This document shows, in pieces, positions 57,001-64,000 of a DNA stretch of 64,000 bases (its first letter is position 1; each line of letters starts with the position of its first letter). The stretch is from Lingula anatina. Lineage: Eukaryota; Animalia; Brachiopoda. Position numbers and translations under genes: made by a program. The stretch lies in contig CM120642.1 in the NCBI GenBank assembly GCA_051362555.1, positions 22,072,001 to 22,136,000 of the forward strand. Direction: 5' to 3'. The notes under the pieces were generated by a model that saw only the letters and a program-made list of their open reading frames with translations, did not search any database and was not told where the DNA came from.

Positions 57001-60000
57001 ATTTATTTACATTACTGTTCACATTTGTGTTGTCACTGTTCGTGTTTCTATTTATTGTGAGCAATGTGTATGTCTGTTTTGTCAATGTATTTGTTTGTAA
57101 TCATTTCTATTACTCTGCATGATGGTACTGTCACTGTATGTGTATGTGTCTCTTTATATTCTGTACTCTGTGTCTATTCTGTATTGTCACTGTATGTGTT
57201 TCCATGTATTGTGATCACTGTGTACGGCTATGTTTTCACTCTTTTTTCCTTTTGCTCATTTTCATTACGAAGCATGTTACTGTTATAACTGTGCATGTTG
57301 ATATTTATTTTGATCACTGTTCATGTTTGTGTCATTACTGTTGGTGTTTCTATTGTGAGCAATGTTTATGTCAGTTTTTACTCTCTATATGTTTCTTTAT
57401 CATTATTATAACTGTTCATGTTTGTGTTGTTGCTGTAAGCATAGTTTGTGTCTTTTTATGTTCCAATTGCTGTTTCCATTCTCTATTGTCATTATATGTG
57501 TTTGTATATGTATTGTGATCACTGTGTATGTCTGTGTTTTCACCCCATCACTGATCACTGTGTATGACTGTGCTATCACCTAATTATATAATTAGTGTTC
57601 ATTCTGGTTACTGTGCATGGTTGCGTTGTCACTGTACATGTCAAAATTTATTCTGATCACTGTGTATGTCTGTATTGTGACTGTGTTTGTTTGTATTTAT
57701 TAACATTACTGTTCATGTTTGTGTCATTACTGTTGGTGTTTTTATTTATTGTTAGTAATGTGTATGTCAGTTTTGTCTTTAAATTACTACTGCGCTGAAT
57801 GATGGTGTTTTCAATGTATGACTATGTTTCTGTTTATATTCTGTTTGCTGTGTCTATTCACTATTGCTACTGAATGTGTTTGTATATATTGTGGTTACTG
57901 TGTATGGCTATGTTTCCACCCTTTTTACTTGTGTTTATTCTAATTACAGTGCACATTACTATTATCAATGTACATGTTTATATTAATTTTGACCACTGTG
58001 TATGTTTGTGTTGTTACTGTTTGTGTCTACACATAATTCTGATCACTGTGAAAGTCTGTTTGTCCTTCTATTTGTTTGTAATAATTATCATTACTGTGCC
58101 TGTTAATGTTATCACTGTTTGTGTTTGTATTTATTGTGATCACTGTATGTGTTTGCATAGTTACTGTTTATGTTTGTATTTATTGTGAACACTGTTTCTA
58201 TTCTGTACTGTCATTGTACATGTTTGTATATATATTGTGATCACTGTGTATATCTCTGTTTTTCACTCCATCACTGATCACTGTGTATTACTGTGTATTA
58301 CTGTGTAATCATCCAATTAATTTGTGTTTATTCTGATTACTATACATGGTTGCGTTGTCACTGTACATGTCAAAATTTATTCTGATCACTGTGTATGTCT
58401 GTATTGGGACTGTGTTTGTTTGTATTTATTTACATTACTGCTCTCGTTTGTGTTGTCACTGTTCGTGTTTGTATTTATTGTGAGCAATGTGCAAGTCTGT
58501 TTTGTCAATGTATTTGTTTGTAATCATTACTATTACTCTGCATGATAGTACTGTCACTGTATGTCTGTGTGTCTGTTTATATTCTTGTGTTCATTTTCAT
58601 TACTGTGGAAGTTACTTTTATCACTTTTACTGTTAATATTTATTTTGTTCACTATGCTTGTTACTGTTATAACAGCTACTTGGTTACTTTACATGGTTGT
58701 GTAGTCACTGTACATGTCAGCTTATTCTGTTCACTGTGTATGTCTGTGTTTTCACCCCATCACTATCACTGTGTATGACTCTGCTATCACCTAATTATAT
58801 ATGTGTTTATTCTGGTTACTGTGCATGGTTGTGTTGTCACTGTACATGTACATGTCAAAATTTATTCTGATCACTGTGTATGTCTGTATTGTGACTCTGT
58901 TTGTTTGTATTTATTTACATTACTGTTCATGTTTGTGTCATTACTGTTGGTGTTTGTATTTATTGTTAGCAATGCTTATGTCAGTTTTGTCACTCTCTTT
59001 GTTTGTAAACATTACTATTGCTCTGAATGATGGTGTTGTCAATGTATGACTATGTGTCTGTTTATATTCTGTTTGCTATGTCTATTCACTATTGCTACTG
59101 AGTGTGTTTGTATATATTGTGATGACTGTGTACGCCCATGTTTCCACTCTTTTTCCTTGTGTTTATTCTAATTACAGTGCACATTACTATTATCAATGTA
59201 CATGTTTATATTCATTTTAATCACTGTGTATGTTTGCGTTGTTACTGTTTGTGTCTGCATATATTTCTGATCACTGTGTAAGTCTGTTTGTTTTTCTATT
59301 TGTTTGTAATCATTGTCATTGCTGTTCATGTTTGTGTTGTCATTGTTTTGGTTTGTTTTTATTGGGATCACTGTGTATGTTTGTGTCATTATTGTTGGTG
59401 TTTGTATTTATTATTAGCAATGTGTATGTCAGTTTTGTCCCTCTATTTGTTTATTATTATAACTATAGCACTGAATGCTGAGTGTTGTCAATGTATGTCT
59501 ATGTGTCTATTTATATTCTTTTTTCTGTGTCTGTTCTGTATTGATACTAAATGTGTTTGTGTATATTGTGATGACTGTGTACGGCTATGTTTGCACTTTT
59601 TTCCCTTGTGTTCATTGTCATAACAGTGCACGTTACTGTTATCACTGTCCATGTATATATTTATTTTGATCAAAGTGTATGTTTGTGTTGTTATTGTTTG
59701 TGTCTGCACATAATTCTGATCACTGTGAAAGTCTATTTGTCCTTCTGTTTGTTTGTAATAAATATCATTACTGTGCATGTTAATGTTGTCACTGTTTGTG
59801 TTTGTATTTATCGTGATCACTGTATGTGTTTGCGTCATTACTATTAGTGTTTGTATTTATTGTGAACACTATTTCCATTCTGTACTGTTCGTGTTTGTAT
59901 ATATATTGTGATCACTGTGTATGTCTCTGTTTTCACTCCATCACTGATCACTGTGTATTACTGTGTAATCATCCAATTAATTTGTGTTCATTCTGATTAC

Positions 60001-60349
60001 TCTACATGGTTGTGTTGTCACTGTACATGTCAAAATTCATTCTGATCACTGTGTATGTCTGTATTGTGACTGTGTTTGTTTGTATTTATTTACATTAATG
60101 TTCATGTTTGTGTTGGCACTGGTCATTTTTGTATTTATTGTGAGCATTATGTACGTCTATTTTGTCAGTGTATTTGTTTGTAATCATTACTATTACTCTG
60201 CATGATAGTACTGTCACTGTATGTCTATGTGTCTGTTTATATTCTGTTCTCTGAGTCTATTCTGTATTGTCACTGTATGTGTTTCCATGTATTGTGATCA
60301 CTGTGTATGGCTATGTTTTCACTCTTTTTCCTTGTGTTCATTTTCATTA
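51056..60349. repeat. HOR copies 12 (4,644 bp) and 13 (4,650 bp, with a 6-bp duplication)
   Basis: Landmarks at 51056, 55700 and 60350. TGTACATGTACATGTC at 58841-58856 replaces TGTACATGTC. Confidence 0.95.
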
Positions 60350-63300
60350 CGATGCATGTTACTGTTATAACTGTACATGTTAATATTTATTTTGATCACT
60401 GTACCTGTTGTGTCATTACTGTTGGTGTTTGTATTTATTGAGAGCAATGTTTATGTCAGTTTTTTCTCTCTATATGTTTTTAATCATTATTATAACTGTT
60501 CATGTTTGTGTTGTTGCTGCAAGCATAGATTGTGGCTGTTTATATTCCGATTGCTGTTTCCATTTTCTATTGTCATGTGTGTATGTCTGTATTGTGACCG
60601 TGTTTGTTTGTATTTATTTACATTACTGTTCATGTTTGTGTCATTACTGTTGGTGTTTGTATTAATTGTTAGCAATGCTTATGTCAGTTTTGTCCCTCTT
60701 TTTGTTTATTATTATAACTATAGCACTGAATGCTGAGTGTTGTCAATGTATGTCTATGTGTCTATTTATATTCTTTTTCTGTGTCTATTCTGTATTGATA
60801 CTAAATGTGTTTGTGTATATTGTGATGACTGTGTACGGCTATGTTTGCACTCTTTTCCCTTGTGTTCATTGTCATAACAGTGCACATTACTGTTATCATT
60901 GTCCATGTGAATATTTATTAAGATCAATGTGTATGTTTGTGTTGTTACTGTTTGTGTCTGCACATAATTCTGATCACTGTGAAAGTCTATTTGTCCTTCT
61001 GTTTGTTTGTAATGATTCTCATTACTGTGCATGATAATGATGTCACTGTTTGTGTTTGTATTTATTGTGATCACTGTATGTGTTTGCGTAGGTACTGTTG
61101 TTGTTTGTATTTATTGTGAACACTGTTTCTATTCAGTGCTGTCATTGTACGTGTTTGTATATATATTGTGATCACTTCATCCTTGTGTTCATTTTCATTA
61201 CAATGCATGTTACTGTTATAACAGTTACTTTGTTACTTTATATGGTTGTGTTGTCACTGTACATGTCAACTTATTCTGTTCACTGTGTATGTCTGTATTG
61301 TGACTGTGTTTGTTTGTATTTATTTTGATTACTGTGCATGATTGTCTTGTCACTGTTTGTGTTTGTATTTATCATGATCACTGTATATGTTTGCATCGTT
61401 ACTGTTGATGTTTGTATTTATTGTCAACACTGTTTCCATGCTGTACTGTCATTGTATGTTTTTGTATATATATTGTGATCACTGTGTATGTCTTTGTTTT
61501 CACCCCATCACTGATCATTGTGTATGACTGTGCTATCACCTAATTAATTAGTGTTCATTCTGGTTACTGTGCATGGTTGTGTTGTCACTATACATGTCAA
61601 AATTTATTCTGATCACTGTGTATGTCTGTATTGTGACTGTGTTTGTTTGTATTTATTTACATTACTGTTCACATTTGTGTTGTCACTGTTCGTGTTTCTA
61701 TTTATTGTGAGCAATGTGTATGTCTGTTTTGTCAATGTATTTGTTTGTAATCATTTCTATTACTCTGCATGATGGTACTGTCACTGTATGTGTATGTGTC
61801 TCTTTATATTCTGTACTCTGTGTCTATTCTGTATTGTCACTGTATGTGTTTCCATGTATTGTGATCACTGTGTACGGCTATGTTTTCACTCTTTTTTCCT
61901 TTTGCTCATTTTCATTACGAAGCATGTTACTGTTATAACTGTGCATGTTGATATTTATTTTGATCACTGTTCATGTTTGTGTCATTACTGTTGGTGTTTC
62001 TATTGTGAGCAATGTTTATGTCAGTTTTTACTCTCTATATGTTTCTTTATCATTATTATAACTGTTCATGTTTGTGTTGTTGCTGTAAGCATAGTTTGTG
62101 TCTTTTTATGTTCCAATTGCTGTTTCCATTCTCTATTGTCATTATATGTGTTTGTATATGTATTGTGATCACTGTGTATGTCTGTGTTTTCACCCCATCA
62201 CTGATCACTGTGTATGACTGTGCTATCACCTAATTATATAATTAGTGTTCATTCTGGTTACTGTGCATGGTTGCGTTGTCACTGTACATGTCAAAATTTA
62301 TTCTGATCACTGTGTATGTCTGTATTGTGACTGTGTTTGTTTGTATTTATTAACATTACTGTTCATGTTTGTGTCATTACTGTTGGTGTTTTTATTTATT
62401 GTTAGTAATGTGTATGTCAGTTTTGTCTTTAAATTACTACTGCGCTGAATGATGGTGTTTTCAATGTATGACTATGTTTCTGTTTATATTCTGTTTGCTG
62501 TGTCTATTCACTATTGCTACTGAATGTGTTTGTATATATTGTGATGACTGTGTACGCCCATGTTTCCACTCTTTTTCCTTGTGTTTATTCTAATTACAGT
62601 GCACATTACTATTATCAATGTACATGTTTATATTCATTTTAATCACTGTGTATGTTTGCGTTGTTACTGTTTGTGTCTGCATATATTTCTGATCACTGTG
62701 TAAGTCTGTTTGTTTTTCTATTTGTTTGTAATCATTGTCATTGCTGTTCATGTTTGTGTTGTCATTGTTTTGGTTTGTTTTTATTGGGATCACTGTGTAT
62801 GTTTGTGTCATTATTGTTGGTGTTTGTATTTATTATTAGCAATGTGTATGTCAGTTTTGTCCCTCTATTTGTTTATTATTATAACTATAGCACTGAATGC
62901 TGAGTGTTGTCAATGTATGTCTATGTGTCTATTTATATTCTTTTTTCTGTGTCTGTTCTGTATTGATACTAAATGTGTTTGTGTATATTGTGATGACTGT
63001 GTACGGCTATGTTTGCACTTTTTTCCCTTGTGTTCATTGTCATAACAGTGCACGTTACTGTTATCACTGTCCATGTATATATTTATTTTGATCAAAGTGT
63101 ATGTTTGTGTTGTTATTGTTTGTGTCTGCACATAATTCTGATCACTGTGAAAGTCTATTTGTCCTTCTGTTTGTTTGTAATAAATATCATTACTGTGCAT
63201 GTTAATGTTGTCACTGTTTGTGTTTGTATTTATCGTGATCACTGTATGTGTTTGCGTCATTACTATTAATGTTTGTATTTATTGTGAACACTATTTCCAT

Positions 63301-63771
63301 TCTGTACTGTTCGTGTTTGTATATATATTGTGATCACTGTGTATGTCTCTGTTTTCACTCCATCACTGATTACTGTGTATTACTGTGTAATCATCCAATT
63401 AATTTGTGTTCATTCTGATTACTCTACATGGTTGTGTTGTCACTGTACATGTCAAAATTCATTCTGATCACTGTGTATGTCTGTATTGGGACTGTGTTTG
63501 TTTGTATTTATTTACATTAATGTTCATGTTTGTGTTGGCACTGGTCATTTTTGTATTTATTGTGAGCATTATGTACGTCTATTTTGTCAGTGTATTTGTT
63601 TGTAATCATTACTATTACTCTGCATGATAGTACTGTCACTGTATGTCTATGTGTCTGTTTATATTCTGTTCTCTGAGTCTATTCTGTATTGTCACTGTAT
63701 GTGTTTCCATGTATTGTGATCACTGTGTATGGCTATGTTTTCACTCTTTTTCCTTGTGTTCATTTTCATTA
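60350..63771. repeat. HOR copy 14, internally deleted (3,422 bp = 4,644 - 1,222)
   Basis: At 62521-62560 GCTACTGAATGTGTTTGTATATATTGTG (HOR position ~2170-2196) joins directly to ATGACTGTGTACGCCC (HOR position ~3419). ORFs equivalent to 2177-3327 are missing. The next landmark is at 63772. Confidence 0.94.
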
Positions 63772-64000
63772 CGATGCATGTTACTGTTATAACTGTACAT
63801 GTTAATATTTATTTTGATCACTGTACCTGTTGTGTCATTACTGTTGGTGTTTGTATTTATTGAGAGCAATGTTTATGTCAGTTTTTTCTCTCTATATGTT
63901 TTTAATCATTATTATAACTGTTCATGTTTGTGTTGTTGCTGCAAGCATAGATTGTGGCTGTTTATATTCCGATTGCTGTTTCCATTTTCTATTGTCATGT
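63772..64000. repeat. Start of HOR copy 15 (truncated by window edge)
   Basis: Matches the start of standard-type copies (CCTGTTGTG form, as at 4647 onward). Confidence 0.93.

Larger units (their letters stand above)
1..64000. repeat. Large tandem satellite / macrosatellite array with a 4,644-bp higher-order repeat (~14 copies, head-to-tail, extends beyond both window edges)
   Basis: The landmark CGATGCATGTTACTGTTATAACTGTACATG recurs at 1, 4647, 9291, 13935, 18579, 23223, 27867, 32511, 37155, 46410, 51056, 55700, 60350 and 63772. Identical spurious ORFs recur every 4,644 bp (e.g. 1204, 5848, 10492, 15136, 19780, 24424, 29068, 33712, 38356). No unique non-repeat sequence or inversion was seen. 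Confidence 0.99.

Noticed and set aside
3-63627. Hundreds of 60-174 aa Cys/Val/Leu/Phe-rich + strand ORFs and Thr/Asn/Gln/His-rich - strand ORFs (could be mistaken for metallothionein-like, membrane or toxin peptides)
   Set aside because: They overlap in all frames and their composition follows directly from TG-rich, stop-poor sequence. The ~49-bp monomer is not a multiple of 3. Copies gain or lose stops and frameshifts freely (e.g. 38217, 40586, 50132), and no recognisable domain is present.
1-64000. CRISPR-like or cassette array (recurring TGATCACTG cores with variable intervening sequence)
   Set aside because: The intervening sequences are homologous to each other and repeat every 4,644 bp rather than being unique spacers. 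There is no constant repeat, leader, cas gene, integrase or reverse transcriptase in the window.
1-64000. Telomeric repeat tract suggested by the T/G-rich strand
   Set aside because: There are no TTAGGG, TTAGG, TTTAGGG or TG1-3 arrays, and G-runs are almost absent. A subtelomeric location cannot be excluded but is unsupported.
1-64000. Whole array as an assembly artefact of one collapsed or expanded unit
   Set aside because: Copies carry structured shared and private SNVs and homology-mediated junctions, which argues for real variation. Exact copy number and order still need long-read confirmation.

Overview
The whole 64 kb window is one uninterrupted, single-orientation, T/G-rich tandem satellite array, most likely eukaryotic. 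No credible protein-coding gene, RNA gene, transposon or CRISPR array is visible. The array is nested at several scales. (1) A degenerate ~49-bp monomer (48-52 bp, approximately GATCACTGTGTATGTTTGTGTT+GTCACTGTTTGTGTTTGTATTTATTGT) is itself made of two related halves. (2) Five paralogous sub-blocks per unit each begin at an AT-rich dyad. (3) A near-identical 4,644-bp higher-order repeat (HOR) occurs about 14 times. (4) A recurrence at 46,409 bp (10 HORs) is marked by a divergent haplotype at 1-2056 that reappears at 46410-48465, with a weaker ~23.2-kb (5-HOR) echo. Structural variants can be mapped to short breakpoint windows: a segment replacement at ~41.0-42.1 kb (+1671/-1703 bp register shifts), a 1,222-bp deletion at ~62.53 kb, a 6-bp duplication at ~58.85 kb and a 1-bp deletion at ~39.29 kb. 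Two of the three large breakpoints fall at the same position of the HOR. All ORFs in the track look like by-products of stop-poor TG-rich sequence. Species, satellite family and function (e.g. centromeric) cannot be determined from the sequence alone.
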